Assembly (NCBI GenBank): GCA_964016885.1
Contig: OZ024740.1
Span: 122,574,001 to 122,638,000 of the forward strand
Direction: 5' to 3'
Origin: Eledone cirrhosa
Taxonomy: Eukaryota
DNA length: 64,000 nucleotides
A program made the translations under genes and the position numbers. This document shows positions 16,493-29,900 of the stretch, piece after piece; the first letter of the stretch is position 1, and every line of letters starts with the position of its first letter. The notes under the pieces were generated by a model, which did no database searches, was not told the origin of the DNA, and saw only the letters and a list, made by a program, of their open reading frames with translations.

Positions 16493-19448
16493 ACCTACTG
16501 TATCCATATGGGAGTAGCTGAATACACAAGAACATTTAGTATTGCTATATTTAGTAGTGTTTGTTACTCAGCAGGTGATTAATCAAAATATTATTTTAGA
16601 TGACTTTCATAACACAGAAGACTAAACCATATATACTAAGTTACGAGGTGTTGAAGATAGAGCAAAATGTGGATTAGATAGATATTTTTCTGGTGAAAGA
16701 ACTACTGTTAATCAGTTCTCATAAGATATTATTAACAAGTGTTTTTTTGTTGTGGAACACGAAATTGCATATTATTTTCAAAGGCATTCAATAGCATATT
16801 GGACAGAATGTCTGGTAATATTCATTCCAATTTTCCATATACATTATCATCATTTAAAATACATTTTTCTATTCTGGCATGCCAGGATGGATCATCACAA
16901 GCAAGTCAATACCTAATTGAACGTACTATCCTTCTAGAACTGCCAGGGGTTACATCGTGCTTACATCATTTCTGATTTTTGAAGGGTTTCTACTCCTGTG
17001 TGCCTTTCTTTTCATGAACCACTTTACAGTATGTACTAGGAGTATCGTATTGTGACACTAACAATAGGAAGGTTGTCATGTATTTGACACAACTAAGTGT
17101 CATATTTGACCTGTATTTGCATGGTATCTGCACCTGTATTCCTTTCCAAAAATCAAACACTTTCTGAGCTATTTCATCCTTTGGTGCTTAATAAATAAAA
17201 TACCCATTCAGCCTGGTGGATTAACATTCTGAGTTCAAATTCCCTACACTATCACCTCATGATGGGACATGAATTCTCTCGGATTTGGCTCAAGGGTCAA
17301 CATGTTGATGCTTTATGTTGATTGGAACAGAATGCTAGTTATATATATATTAAAAACGATAAAAGACCTTGCACGATTGAGATAAATGTTAAGCCAGAAT
17401 AATTATATATATACTTTACTGATTCTTGTATGTTGTGTAGACTTTCAGGAAATAAAGTAATTAGTGTGGTTTGGAAATTATCTTTGTAATCATTTGGTTC
17501 CAGGATGGATGCCACAGTGCAATCTCTTGGGCAAATGTTTTAACATAGTCTCAGTTTGACCCAAGCCTTACGAATGGAAGTGAGAATATGAAAACTGTAT
17601 GACAGCCTATTGGATGGAATGTACATGTAATTCAAAGGTCCAGCTTTGTCATGTATTGTGTCATACTGATTCAGCCTTGGAAATATGCTACGAATATACA
17701 TGTCTAGCAAACTCAACTATTTACATGTTAATTCACAACTGAATGCTCACCATCAAAAAAGAAACAACAAAGAATTCATCATTATCAGAGGTCTTGCTGA
17801 TATTCTACTTTAGCTTTAGATTAGCTATGATCATGGCAGTATAGTGAAAATTGATTGCAAACTCTAATACAAGCTAATATTGTGTAACCTTTTTGATACC
17901 AAGCTGCCTGAAATCACCATTGGTTCTACAAAACAAAAGTGTTTATTACAAAGTTTTTATATTTATATATTCAAAAACTTCCATCATAATTCTAATTAGG
18001 AACATTTGATGAGATACGATATAAACACTAATTGAATAATGAGAAAGTTAGTTACATTACTAAATATTACCACATTCTTGATTATTTTCAAAATTATTTT
18101 AAAACCATAAGTATTGTTTTTTCATTTGAAATATGGCAATGTAAGAGTTAATAAATGAAGGTAATGGTAAATAGATATTTGGCTCTCATCACTATCAGTT
18201 TGGCTCCATAGATAAGATAAAAGAGGGAGGCATACAGTGAGAAGTTATTCCATAAAACTGCTCAACTAACTGCTAACATGGATGATGCATGGATGAATGA
18301 ACTTAAAGCCCAGTATTCCAAAAACAATGATTGTGAAGATAAACAAATCAAATATTATTAGTAATAGAGTGAAATTTTCATAAGAAACAAATACTAATTA
18401 CAACTAAATGAATATCAATAATTTAAAGCTAGAAAAATTATTGATTTACATTATAAAAACAGAAACAGAGAGAAAACCATTGCCTTGAAGCAAAGCGAAT
18501 CAGCATAACTTAGTAATCTACTGAAAAGTAAGAATACAGTATGTCAAGAAAAAAATGAAAAAGGAAAAGTTTATCAAACAAAAAGAACAAAAGCTCCGAC
18601 AATCAACAAGAATGTAGAGTTGCAATCAGAATCAGTTACAGAAAGAAACTACCTTCATATTTTTACATTATGCATTCATATCAGAATTATATACAATGCA
18701 AGTGATATTTTAGGTGTGTTTTGTTTGTTTTGTTTTTGTTTAAAGAGAAATGAGTATTGAGATAGTAAAACAGAAAACAGAAAACAAGTTACCATGGGAA
18801 CTGATATTAATTGCAATGCACATTCAAACTTTTATTATTCGTATAGATTTTGTGTTATATTTATTGTTTTATTTTATGGGAATTTTAGAAATAAATTTAT
18901 ATTTTTATAATTTGATTTGCTTTTTATCTCATTTATGTTTCTGTTAAATTTTCATTTCTATACTCTACATTTAATACAGTTTCCTCCTTCAACAATAAAT
19001 TGCTAGAACATGTTTAAAATTGGGCTGAAAAATCAATAAGTCCCTCTTATACTTTCTTTACACTTATTTCTATATTTTCTTATTCATGGTGATATTCTAC
19101 ATAATTATATAACTATGTAATTTGGAGATCAGCACTCTACTTATAGCTTTCTCAGCTGGCAGCTTAGCTAATGAGTACAATCTCGTAGATAGCTTCATCT
19201 ACTAACCTTTCAAAGCCAGGTAATTATACAGTTTGTAGAAAATGATTATATGTTTTGGCACACAGTGACTAAATTTCATATTTGTCATATGTCCTTCAAC
19301 AGAATTTAACAATGTAGAGGAGCTAAAGTAGCTTTTGTTACACGGTACATTTGACTGGCTCAGTATCATATGCTTACATTAAACCCGGAACAACTTACCT
19401 ATATATATATATATATATATATACATATTCTGTTTTTAATGTAAGAAT

Positions 19449-21219
19449 ATGATACTGAGCCTAAACTCTACCTATAAAAAAGCTAACCATTCAATTATCG
19501 AGGACAAAAATCTAGATGGACAACAAATTACCTCCAACCTCGGGGTAGCAGACGGCACTGAACCCTACGACCCACGGACTCCCTATTTCACACTGAAGGA
19601 CCACAAATCTGATTTCGACCGCAAACCATCTATCAGGCTTATAAACCCGACGAAGTCGGACATAGGGAGAATCAGTAAAAATATCCTAGACCGCGTTATA
19701 CCAAAAGTTAAGAAAAATACGAGACTTAGCCTATGGGTGAGCACACAGGAAGTAATCTCATGGTTCAGGAATATTGAGGATAAACAGGACACAAAATTCA
19801 TCCAGTTCGACATAGAAAGTTACTATGCAACTATTACCTCACCGCTCCTTACAGCCGCCTTGGACTTTTCCAAAACACTCATACCAGGAAAGAAATATAA
19901 TTCTCCATGCCAGGAAGACAGTACTACTTTTCAACAACTCAAAGTGGATAAAAAGGGCTCCCGACTCCCCCTTCGACGTCAGTATGGGCGCGACAGATTC
20001 GGTCGAGGTCACCGATCTTATAGGATTATTCCTACTATTTAAACTCACCGAAATGTTTCCTGCATTCAACGATGGATTGTACCGAGACAATGGGCTCCTT
20101 ACCCTCAAGGAGTAAACCCCAGTAGTACAAACCGGATCCGTAAAGAACTAATCAACTTCTACCGGGACTGGGGATTCAAAATCAACCTACAAACGTCCCT
20201 AACCCGAGTCAATTTCATGGACGTTACCTTCAACCTCGAAAATGATCAGTACTACCCATACAGGAAACCAAACGACAACCTGCACTACATCCACCACCGC
20301 TCTAACGATCCTAGAAACATCAACAAATAGCCTAGTTAAAAACATCTCCCTCCGCATATCTCGTTTGTCCGCTAATGAGCAGATATTCGACGAATATGCG
20401 CCTCATTACAACCAGACCCTGAAGCGGAGTGCCTTCCGGGAGGAAATATCTTTTTATCCAGCTTCCCTTAGAGAAACCAGCAGGCGACGCCGCCGCTCAC
20501 GCCACGTAACGTGGTTCAATCCTCCCCACAATGCCGAGGTGGCAACACCTATCGGGAAAATGTTCTTTAGGCTCCTCGAAAAACACTTTCCACTTCAACA
20601 CCGTTACCATAACATAATCAACAAAAACACTATCAAGCTCTCCTACAGAACCACACTTAACTTCGCACAAAACATCGTCTCCTCAAACAACGAAAAACTC
20701 AACCCCTATGGAAGAAACAACCTAGACATTAGTGGAGAGCCGACCAGGAGGTTTAACTGCCCTGATAGATCTACGTGCCCCCTCAACAACAGATGCCGAG
20801 AACGTAACGTGATCTACCAGTGCAACGTGAGGACGGACACCTCAAACAAAGCTTATATAGGATTAACCGCTTGTGACTTTAAGACCCGGCTCTACCAACA
20901 CCGTCTAACGTTCCGAAACCCGGTCTGGCGACATGACACTACACTTTCGCCCCACATCTGGGACCTCCAATATAATAATATAACTTACAATCTTACTTGG
21001 AGCTTACTGTCCAGAGCAAACTCTTACACGGGAGGACACCGTCCGTGTAACCTATGCTCGGAGGAAACATTACAAATGCTGTTTACGAAGGATCAACTCC
21101 TAAACAAAATAGACGAACTGGTAACTGAATGCAAAAACAGATTGCGTAAGACTTACCTTGCCCTCATGATCCGGGTGGGTAGACAAGTGCTGAAACACCC
21201 CACTTGCCGAATAAGATAG
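19449..21219 (+). pseudogene. Disrupted Penelope-like RT-GIY-YIG polyprotein
   Basis: Split over ORFs 19449-20042, 19825-20115 and 20242-21219 by frameshifts and a stop; catalytic YRDD reads YRDN. Confidence 0.85.
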
Positions 21220-21971
21220 GAGAAACCACGGCTTACATAGGTAGATGTACCTCTTTTCTTTTCCTCTATGTTTTCTTCTTCCATTTGTCTCCTCCTATCA
21301 GCTCCCTCCACCACTGATCTTCTTCCTTTTCGCCTACCTACTGATCTTCTTCCCTTTCGCCTTCCCCGAGGCAGCCTATAGGGCCTCTCTAGCCTCAGTA
21401 CCCCAACCCCAGTAACTTAAAGATAGCATTGGCCGAATACGCTATACTAACTGATCACAGAAGCTGTGTTAGAACCCAGAGACTTTGTATTATTTTTTAC
21501 TACCCTATTCTACAATTTCAATAATTCTTATTTAGTATCTTCTATTCTCAACTCATTCTATAGCATTGGCCGAAAAAGCAACACCAACTAAATATAGCAG
21601 CTCTTTTAGACCCTATAGTTTTTGTTTTTTATCACTTCTCACTATCCAATTTAATATTTTAATATATCTTTCTCTTATTTTTTATTGTCTCCTAATCTCA
21701 ATTGATTTACCCATTCTATAACGTCCCTCCTCTATTTTCTCCAGAAACCCTTTTTCGCCTACCTCCTCTGGCCTACTTTCATACACAATCCTTAGAATTT
21801 GCCGTATAGATTTCACTTTCAACGCTTGACCGGCTCCACCTACTCCCTCATTGTTCTACAGTCAAGTTCAGCCACTGCACCTCCCACCCACTGCCATGAT
21901 AGACTTATTTGTGTTTACAACAAATATTGACAAATCCTCTTGACAACTACAATCTTCCCATATAAGGAAGT

Positions 21972-22067
21972 ACCCCTTGTAAAGTTCGGCTATTTATTAA
22001 CCAGACTAAAATTTCTAATTTAGTCCAGAAATAGCCGTCGAAACGGCTTGAGCTCTGCCATCGGGGT
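21972..22067 (+). ncRNA. Degenerate type I hammerhead at the 3' end of the Penelope-like element
   Basis: ACCCC-TTGTAAA-GTTCGGCTATTT..AAATAGCCGTC-GAAA-CGGC-loop-GCCA-TC-GGGGT: stems I, II and III are all visible. The core is a U3/A8 variant with position 6 also altered. Confidence 0.6.
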
Positions 22068-22144
22068 CATACTTTTTCCTATGTATATATATATATATAA
22101 CCCATGCTAGCATGAAAAAGGACATTAAACAACGATGACAATGA

Positions 22145-22189
<45 letters not shown>

Positions 22190-22461
22190 ACCCAATGCTA
22201 ACATGGAAAATTGACATTAAGCAATATTGACAATGATGATATATATATATATATATATATATGATTCAAAATGAACACACATAAGAAGGGAAAAGGAAAG
22301 AACATGGACAAATCCGTATATCATCACCCACATACTGGGATCATTTTGATTTCTGCGCTTTGAAAGTTGGTATCGTTCAAACCAGTAAACATGCAATTGC
22401 AACAGTACAAGCACGACAACAAAGTACAGAAACATAAGATAGTGAGACTTTTCAACTAAAT

Positions 22462-22527
22462 GTATATATAACAGGCAGGCATGAAGGTGTATATATAACA
22501 GGCAGGCATGAAGGTGTATATATAACC
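22462..22527. repeat. 27-bp tandem repeat, about 2.4 copies
   Basis: GTATATATAACAGGCAGGCATGAAGGT repeated. Confidence 0.8.
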
Positions 22528-23039
22528 AGAGATGCTTCAAGTGAAAACCAAAAGAGATGCAGCATGGTATAGAGTGAAACAAGTTAGACATGAGGAAATC
22601 AAGAGAGAAAATATAATATATTCAGATATTAATACTGAAACGAGACAGTAGCAGTGTGGATGATAAGATTGAAAGCAATTGATTCAGCAGAGGGACGTGG
22701 TCACATGAAGAAGAAAATGTAAGAGGAAAATGAACAGATACAAAAAGAGACATGAAGTGTGGGACAAGAAATATAGATAGTGAAAGAAGGATAGGGGCGA
22801 TGGGGGAGAAGAAAGTAATGAGTGAAGTTGGTGTATAGTTTAAGTTTAGATAGTAATGAAAGAGGCCTATGTTGGTTAGAAAGTAATAATAAATATGCTT
22901 AAAAATGTTCATATACAATGGACATCGAGAAAAAGGAGACAACATTGTGATATCATCAGTCAACTAGTTGAGATCAGTATGATTTCTGTTCTTTGAGAGT
23001 TGGGGGTCATACAAATGAGTCCACATGGGATGACAAAAC

Positions 23040-23700
23040 AAACAAATCAACAAAATAAGGTACTCATTAAGGCATTCGACGCTGTTCATAGGAATCCCTT
23101 TTGGTTAGTTTTGTCTCAATTTGGATGTCCACAAAAGTTTGTAAATATATTGAAAACCGTTCTTAAAGACATGAAAGCCAGAGTTAAATTGTTGGGCACA
23201 CTCTCTGAGTCTTTTGCAGCGGAAAATGGTGTGAAGCAGGAAGACCTTGATGCAACTATTTTCTCTGCAATATATTTGGCTGCCATGATCTATCAAGCTT
23301 TTCAAAACCTCAGTCAAACAATCAAGGTGTATATGTACGATATCGCACCACAGGAAATGTCTTTAATTTAGCAAGGATGAAATTTAAGAGGAAAATGTTC
23401 ATTTCGCTATAAAAGACCTACTGTATGCTGATGTCTGTGACCTTGTCAGTCATACTGAGCATGGATTGCAATTGTTGATTTCTGCATTTGATTCGGCATA
23501 TGATATCTTTGGTTTGACTTTAAATTTAAAGAAAACGACAGTCGTATGTCAAACTCTGCCTGGACAAGTTGTGCAGCAAACTGAAATATATGTGAAAGGT
23601 AATCTCCTTAAGGTTATTGAATCATTCATTATACCATAGGAGTGCAACGAAGATGGAACGTTAGATTCATAAATAACTCTAAGAATTTAAAAAGCAGCAA
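23040..23700 (+). mobile_element. RTE-clade LINE reverse transcriptase fragment
   Basis: KAFDAVHR..W.VLSQFGCPQKFVNIL..DMKARV..NGVKQ, then LLYAD.C.LVSHTEHGLQ..FGLTLNLKKT across frameshifts. Confidence 0.8.
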
Positions 23701-24129
23701 AATCTGTTGGTAGTCTAGAGTCTCAGGGTTAGTCTCAAAGATATAGCAAGGATGAAAGAAATATATATGTTTATAATCCCTTTGTGTTATCACCTCTTCT
23801 ATATTGAGCACCATGTACACTGGAGTAGTCAAGCTTTGTATTGAGCAGACAACCAGTAAATATATATAACAGGTAAAAGATCATGTTTATAACTAATAAG
23901 GTTTATACAACAAAATTGAGCTAATAAAATTGACTAAAATTACTAATCGCTTGAAATAAATAATGTATGGATAGATGCCCTATATCGCATATGTGAACAT
24001 TTCTTAATGAATTTAAATTTTTATCGTTAGGAAAGAAAAAAAAAACAAAACTTGGCATTTGTTAATAAGTGAAAGGGAGATAATTTCAATAGGGTTTTAG
24101 TATATATCAACCATCTGCGGACATATTTT

Positions 24130-24325
24130 CAGATCTGTCGACTCTCTCCGTCTGACAAGGAGTTCTCCCACCCACTTTCGGGTGGTTGAGAGATATCTTC
24201 TCTTGTGAAATCAGGTATAGCTTTCATTATGTACAATCTCCCTAATTTTGCCTCATTTCTCCCCATTTTGGGGCACTTCTTTTCATGGGAAATCCCGTTT
24301 AGGGTTTGAGAGGTTGGTAGGTCTG
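24130..24325. mobile_element. MITE-like element, copy 1
   Basis: About 196 bp with imperfect TIRs (CAGATCTGTCGAC / GTTGGTAGGTCTG); reverse-complement homologue at 43116-43314. Confidence 0.65.
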
Positions 24326-24354
24326 TTATTTTAACAATGCATATAACTTTATTT

Positions 24355-24460
24355 AAATAATTGTTTCTACTTTTGGCACAAGGCCAGAAATTACCCAATG
24401 CATTACTGGTACTTTATTCTATCGACCCCGGAAGGATGAAAGGCAAAGTTAACCTCGGCA
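24355..24460 (-). mobile_element. SINE 3' fragment (CORE-like)
   Basis: GGCACAAGGCCAG..ACTGGTACTTTATTCTATCGACCCCGGAAGGATGAAAGGCAAAGTTAACCTCGGC, the same unit as at 48155-48576. Confidence 0.75.
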
Positions 24461-25029
24461 ACGCAACAAGTTTGGTGTTATAGTCATTATTTATGATATT
24501 TTGGTCACTTATTAAATGCAAACAATTTTTAAGATAAGGGAAGCAAACTTAATATATTGTCCCGTAAGTGTATCTCAGGTCTAACAATAAGAATTAAACA
24601 TTTTGATTAAACATTTTCACTACATTTGTGGTTCCTATTGGAAACCTGGAATATTATGCATTTCACAATCTGACACCTGTGGAAGTGTAGTTATTGCATG
24701 CTTCTTATTTTCCATCCAACGTATCTTATAGTTCCTGCCTGCCAAATAATTGCAATGAATAAATCTCTAGAATCTATCACTTCGAAATAAAATAAGTTTC
24801 ATGTGATTTGTTCTTCACAACTGAAAATCTATCAATAAACTATCCAAAGCAAATATTTGTTTAGTGAATAAAGGGCCTTTCCATCATCACCATATTTACA
24901 TCTGCTTGCCTTGGTTGTCGAGACGTGTCGCAGAATCACATCTTGTTGACAGATGCCTACTCCATCTATATATGTATCTCTCTCCCTCTCTCTCCTATCT
25001 CTCTCACTCTTTTTATCTCTCTGCATATA

Positions 25030-25614
25030 TATAATTCCAAGTAGAGAAACATTGGCTGATCAATTAATCAACTGACTTTAGTGTATAGAGGTATAACCAC
25101 TCCACAAAATGGGTACCTTAAGGTATTACCTATAAGGTATCGGACAGTGTCAATATTATAAAGAAGAGAGATGGTTTCATTTATACATTCTCTGTTTATT
25201 ATATAATCCAGTTATGCGCATTTCAAAGAGACCAATCTGGTGAAAGATGTGTGATGGTTGTATCATCTATCCTTAAAACTGGTCGCTGTTGCATCAATGT
25301 ACTGGTATGTTTCATCTCTTGTGTTAAGCCTACAGTCATATACTATATTTCTATCGAGGCTTTTATTCTGCATAGGGCAGTTAGCTAGAATCCTACAGTT
25401 ACACTTAATGTTGTTATTATATGTTGTGTTATGATTATATCTATAGCTATGTTGGACTATCTGTTGTGGGTGAATGGAGTTGTACCTTTTCGGTCTATTA
25501 TCATGTTTCCCTATGGCATTTCCATAATATTTCTGCAGCAACTGGTTTTGCACTTGTATGTAGACTATGTGTAATCTTCAAATTGGTAAAGTTAATCTTG
25601 GCTATGTGGCTATG

Positions 25615-25617
<3 letters not shown>
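25030..25617 (-). mobile_element. Penelope-like GIY-YIG fragment, same clade as the 19.4-kb element
   Basis: CNCRILANCPMQNKSLDRNIVYDC..YQYIDATATSFKDR*YNHHTSF. It starts at a (TA)n tract and is followed by a hammerhead-like 3' half (GAAA-TGCGCA-TA-ACTGG..AATAAA, near 25197-25224). Confidence 0.75.
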
Positions 25618-25663
<46 letters not shown>

Positions 25664-25667
<4 letters not shown>

Positions 25668-26509
25668 GTCTCATTACATTAAATTAGCTCTAGGAAAAAG
25701 ATTTTCCCGAGCCGTAAATTACTGAACAAAAAGGAAAAACGAACACAGACATATATATATATATAAGTGTTCAAATGGTAATGGACCAAAATCGCTAAGG
25801 TGAAAAAAATACTAACTACAGTCAATAGGGTTTGCTAGTCTCAATTTAAGAATAAATTAAGAAAACTAAATACAAACCAGTATTGTGGTAACTACTATCA
25901 CCCAGACGGTCTTTGATAGAACCGTTTCGCAATATTATTTACTGTAATGTGACTATTTTGAGTTTCTAACTCAATATATGCTTTTGATATATTCGGCTCC
26001 GTTAATTCGTAGAGCTATTTCAAATGCCGTGTAGACCCGGCTGCTATTTTTAGTGGCGTAAGTATGCGCGACACGCTAAGTTCGGGAACCATGTGCGTTA
26101 TATATGTTACACACATTTTCCAGTTTTCTATTTGACTTAGAAGTGAGGAGGATACTAATTTCATCACCCACTGATGAGCCTGGAGTTTGGTATATCTCTT
26201 CACAAATAATATTGCGAAACGGTTCTATCAAAGACCGTCTGGATGATGGTAGTTACCACAATACTGGTTTGTATTTAGTTTTCTTAATTTATTCTTAAAT
26301 TGAGTCTAGCAAACCATATTGTCTGTTGTTACTAGCTTTTGCACCTTGGCGATTTTTGTCCATTACGATTTGAACACATATATATATATATATATATATA
26401 TGTCTGTGTTCGTTTTTCCTTTTTGTTCAGTCATATACGGCTCGGAAAAATCTTTTTCCTAGAGCTAATTTACTGTAATGAGACTATTTTGAGTTTATAA
26501 CTCAATACA

Positions 26510-26511
<2 letters not shown>
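25664..26511 (+). mobile_element. Fold-back element 3: retrozyme-like non-coding monomer with 5' inverted duplication
   Basis: Arms 25664-25940 and 26204-26488 are inverted. Direct repeat 25937-25980 matches 26468-26511 (41/44), giving a 531-nt period. Canonical hammerhead inside, (TA)n on both sides. Confidence 0.8.
26162..26249 (+). ncRNA. Canonical type I hammerhead ribozyme
   Basis: CATCACCCA-CTGATGA-GC..GC-GAAA-CGGT(TCTATCAAAG)ACCG-TC-TGGATGATG. Intact core with GUC cleavage triplet (predicted cut after 26239); the mirror arm restores TGGGTGAT in stem I. Confidence 0.85.
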
Positions 26512-26567
<56 letters not shown>

Positions 26568-27109
26568 CGTTCTTTGCAAGTTGCTACCAAGGGTATTCTA
26601 ATTGTTAGCTCAACTGAAAGGCCTCATCATGGAATTATATTTTGGCTGGATGAATATTCCACAGATTCTTGTAGCCATAACAATATATTTAAGCATGGCC
26701 AGTGTAACATAAGGCTGGCACTTTAAATTAAATATACAGTCTATTTAAATGAACTTTTACAATCCATCTATGTAAGCTTCTACATATTTCCATATATCCA
26801 ATTTAACACTCCAGGCTTATCAAAGATGTTCTATAGTGAAATCAAAAGCAGGATCTTCTGGATTTCAAAGCATATTCCTTAACTATGTCTGCTTCAATTT
26901 AAATATTATTACATATTACAAATAATCACAATTACAAATTACAAATAATCACAATTCTCCTAAGTTGAGAAATATTTTAGCAGCATGGGTAACATATGGG
27001 CTTATCTGGGATGAGAGATATAATGAAACTAAAATTTAATAATTTTATAGATATGTAATGTATATTAAGTTACTGTTTTTATCCCGAAGTCTCAAATGAT
27101 TTTTTTTTT

Positions 27110-27960
27110 TTTGCATATTGATTTGTGGAGACTTTGGCAGCAGATACTTTACACTTTCAAGTTTGAATATTGGTGACATTTCACCCACAGGTGTGGTTTT
27201 ATCTCCCATACTTTAAATCTAGTTCAAAAATGGGTTGAAAGGAACCTCAGGTTTCCATGAAATAATTCTAGGTTTCTAATAATAATTTTTTTTTAATTTG
27301 AATAAATTCCTTCTCTAGAATAATGTTTATTTCATTTAATTTCTTATTAATATTTGACTGGCTGTTATTGTCTGTAAATGTATACACAGAGTTTCTATGA
27401 TTTCATGAAAATGATAAAATTGTTCCACAACAAACTAAGTTTGTGAACCACTGTTCTAGACAAATATATTAAAATATTTGATAATACCATTGCTAGTTAA
27501 ACACTGCAGATCAATAAGTAAGTTGATAGCAATGAATTTGAAATTTGTAATCGGAGCCAATTCATTCTATACTTTTGTAAAGACAGTTGAGGAAGATGTG
27601 TAATGTGTATAATCAAATGTTCTAACTTTGTGTTGGAGTAAAATCTCAAGAATGGCGTTTCTAGGTAAATGCTTTGGTAGTTTGAAAAGGAATACCTACA
27701 TGTTTTTTCTAGTATAATGTTCAAATTTATAAAAATCAATTGTTATCACAAACTGGATGTTATTCTTTCAAATCAGAAATTCTTTCAAGATAGAAGTAAC
27801 GAATTGGAATCAGTCAAAATAATTATTGTTAGACAGAATTATTTCATGAATATAGGAATACTTTAAAAATATATATTTGGAAAGGAAAAAGGCAAAGCAT
27901 ATTCCAGAGGATTCTCCCCTATATTTATTTCATCCTCTTTATATATTTAGATTTATTCAA
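27110..27960 (-). mobile_element. Highly decayed Penelope-like RT relic, possibly Naiad-like
   Basis: Minus-strand fragments LPFSFPNIYF*SIPIFMK (like LPxxYWxPKLHK), KVRTFD.T..THLPQ (like TFDFSTLYTxLP) and FELDLK (like FLDL) appear in the expected order, with many frameshifts. Confidence 0.35.
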
Positions 27961-29399
27961 TAGACCTTTTTCACTACACTTTTTAATTCAACCCTTTACC
28001 TCAATTTTTGCAATTATTTTCAGTTAAAGTTTGGGGATTTTTTTTCTAAGAATTTCGTTGTAAACATCATCAGATTTTCGATTTTCCATATTAGTTATAT
28101 TTTTCTTTTAGTAGGAGTTAATTTTTTAAAAATTCAAATCAAATACAATATATTCCCGCCCCCATCTCTTCTTTCTTCAGAAATATTATCTGTTCCTACA
28201 TGTCAAGAGTAACATTCGTTGAATATTATTCCTTTACATATGAAGATGTATTATATATCAAATGAAAACACAATGCAGGAAAACAAATTACAAGAAGGGA
28301 GACATAAAATGCAGATGAAAGAAAGATAGATATATTGACAGAAATACACACACATATATATATATATATAAAGAGAGACGGATAGAGAGAGGGAGAGTAA
28401 GAGAGAGAGATGGACAGATAGATAGATAAAGAGATAAAAAGCAAGGAATATAAAGCAAAATAAAGAAAAAGAAAAAGAAATTGCAGCTTGTTATATTTCC
28501 CTTGTTTTATTTGAAAAAAGCCCATTAAATCACGAATAATGTTAACACTATAAAGATCTTTATTTTTGATAAAAGACTGTTTCAATAAATGACTACTATT
28601 TTATCCTTTCTGCATTCATTATTGTTCCTATGTCAATAATAGTTTTCAATAAACCACTCTTATGCGCTTGTTGATGCAGAATATTTTTCATCATTACTTT
28701 TTGATGAAAGATCTGATTTACTTCTCAATAGATATAAAAATTAACATAGTTAAGGAGGAGAGAGGAAGCAGTTAATATTGTACATTATTCATTCTGGAAT
28801 TTTACTATTGAAATTGTTTCCTTAAATTGTTATATTTAGATATCTATCTCTGGTTTATTATAACATAACACCTGAAGAGGATGTGACTAATGATAGAAAA
28901 TGCATGCATCAAGGAAGATTATTGGGGTTATGTTATATACTCATTGATATTCTGTGTGTTTCCTCTAGCATAAATTGATATCAGAAATACAGGAAATCAA
29001 GTGATTAACCTATGATTGCATTTGTTGTGGCATTCTCAATTATTAAAGCACTATATTTAAATGTATGCAGGAAATATTAAGAATCACATGCAGTTTATAG
29101 AAACTTTGACTCAATCACTTATTTTCACCTACCGTATTATATTTTATATAAGATCTATGGTCATATAAGACCTATGGGCATATGTAAAGCTCCATTTCAG
29201 CTGCGAATATTAATAAGAAATATGTTTGTGACAATATATTTATTTATTTATTTATTTAATCAATTTAAACGTGCGTAAAGAGCTAGTAAGTTATGACAGA
29301 CTAAGAGAAGTATCTAGTACTTCTTACAGTTGAGAAAGAAAAAAGTAAATTAATTAAAGATAAGGGCATATAAAAATGAAAATTTAAAAAAAATTGAAT

Positions 29400-29900
29400 T
29401 TGGCAAGGCCGATGGAAGGCTAAAGAAGCAGAAAAAAAAATGAAGAACAAGGAAAGCTGTAAAATCTGCTAAAGGTTTCTGTTGTTGAATCTTTTTGTAA
29501 AGTCCATGTACTCATATTTGTAGTTGGTAGATCCTTTACAATATATTGTCTCCAATCGTGGTACTCAATTAATGATCGGTTTCAAGGTGTCTTCTATCTC
29601 AGACTAGTAGTTTCTACATTGGAACAAAGAGTGCAAGAGTGTTTCTGGAAAGTCGCCACAACAGCACAGAGGTGATTCTCTACGACCTGTTTGTGATAAA
29701 ATGTAGTTCATCGGTATATGTCCAGTTCAAAGAGGAGAGACTCTTTTTTATTAACAGCGCCCAGTGGCTGATATGTTTTAATATCTTCTTGAGAGATTGG
29801 AGGATTGAAATTTGAGAGCTTATCTCTAGATTTTTCTGAAAATGTTTCCCACCCTTAACTATTAATACTTTTGCTAAATGATTTTACTTGGGCTGTAGTC
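29400..29900 (-). mobile_element. LINE ORF2 C-terminal relic with CCHC motif
   Basis: Minus strand L*TGHIPMNYILSQTGRRESPLCCCGDFPETLLHSLFQCRNY, a typical non-LTR C-terminal zinc knuckle. Confidence 0.55.

Larger units (their letters stand above)
19426..22082 (+). mobile_element. Penelope-like retroelement (RT + C-terminal GIY-YIG), Hydra-clade-like, 5'-truncated, between (TA)n tracts
   Basis: Motifs RLINPTKSDIGRISKNILD, FIQFDIESYY, FDVSMGATD, GLYRDNGL, TWFNPP, NTIKLSY, CPLNNRC..NVIYQC..AYIG..FKTRLYQH, CNLC..E. About 860-bp 3' region ending in a hammerhead; TA tracts at 19400-19425 and 22083 onward. Confidence 0.9.

Noticed and set aside
22900-22959. Minus-strand CTGATGA with a stem and GAACA
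   Set aside because: GAAA is incomplete and stems I and III are absent; it could be chance or a very old relic.
28870-28915. CTGAAGAGG..GAAAATGCATGCATC hammerhead-like string
   Set aside because: Stem II does not pair convincingly and there is no TA or fold-back context.
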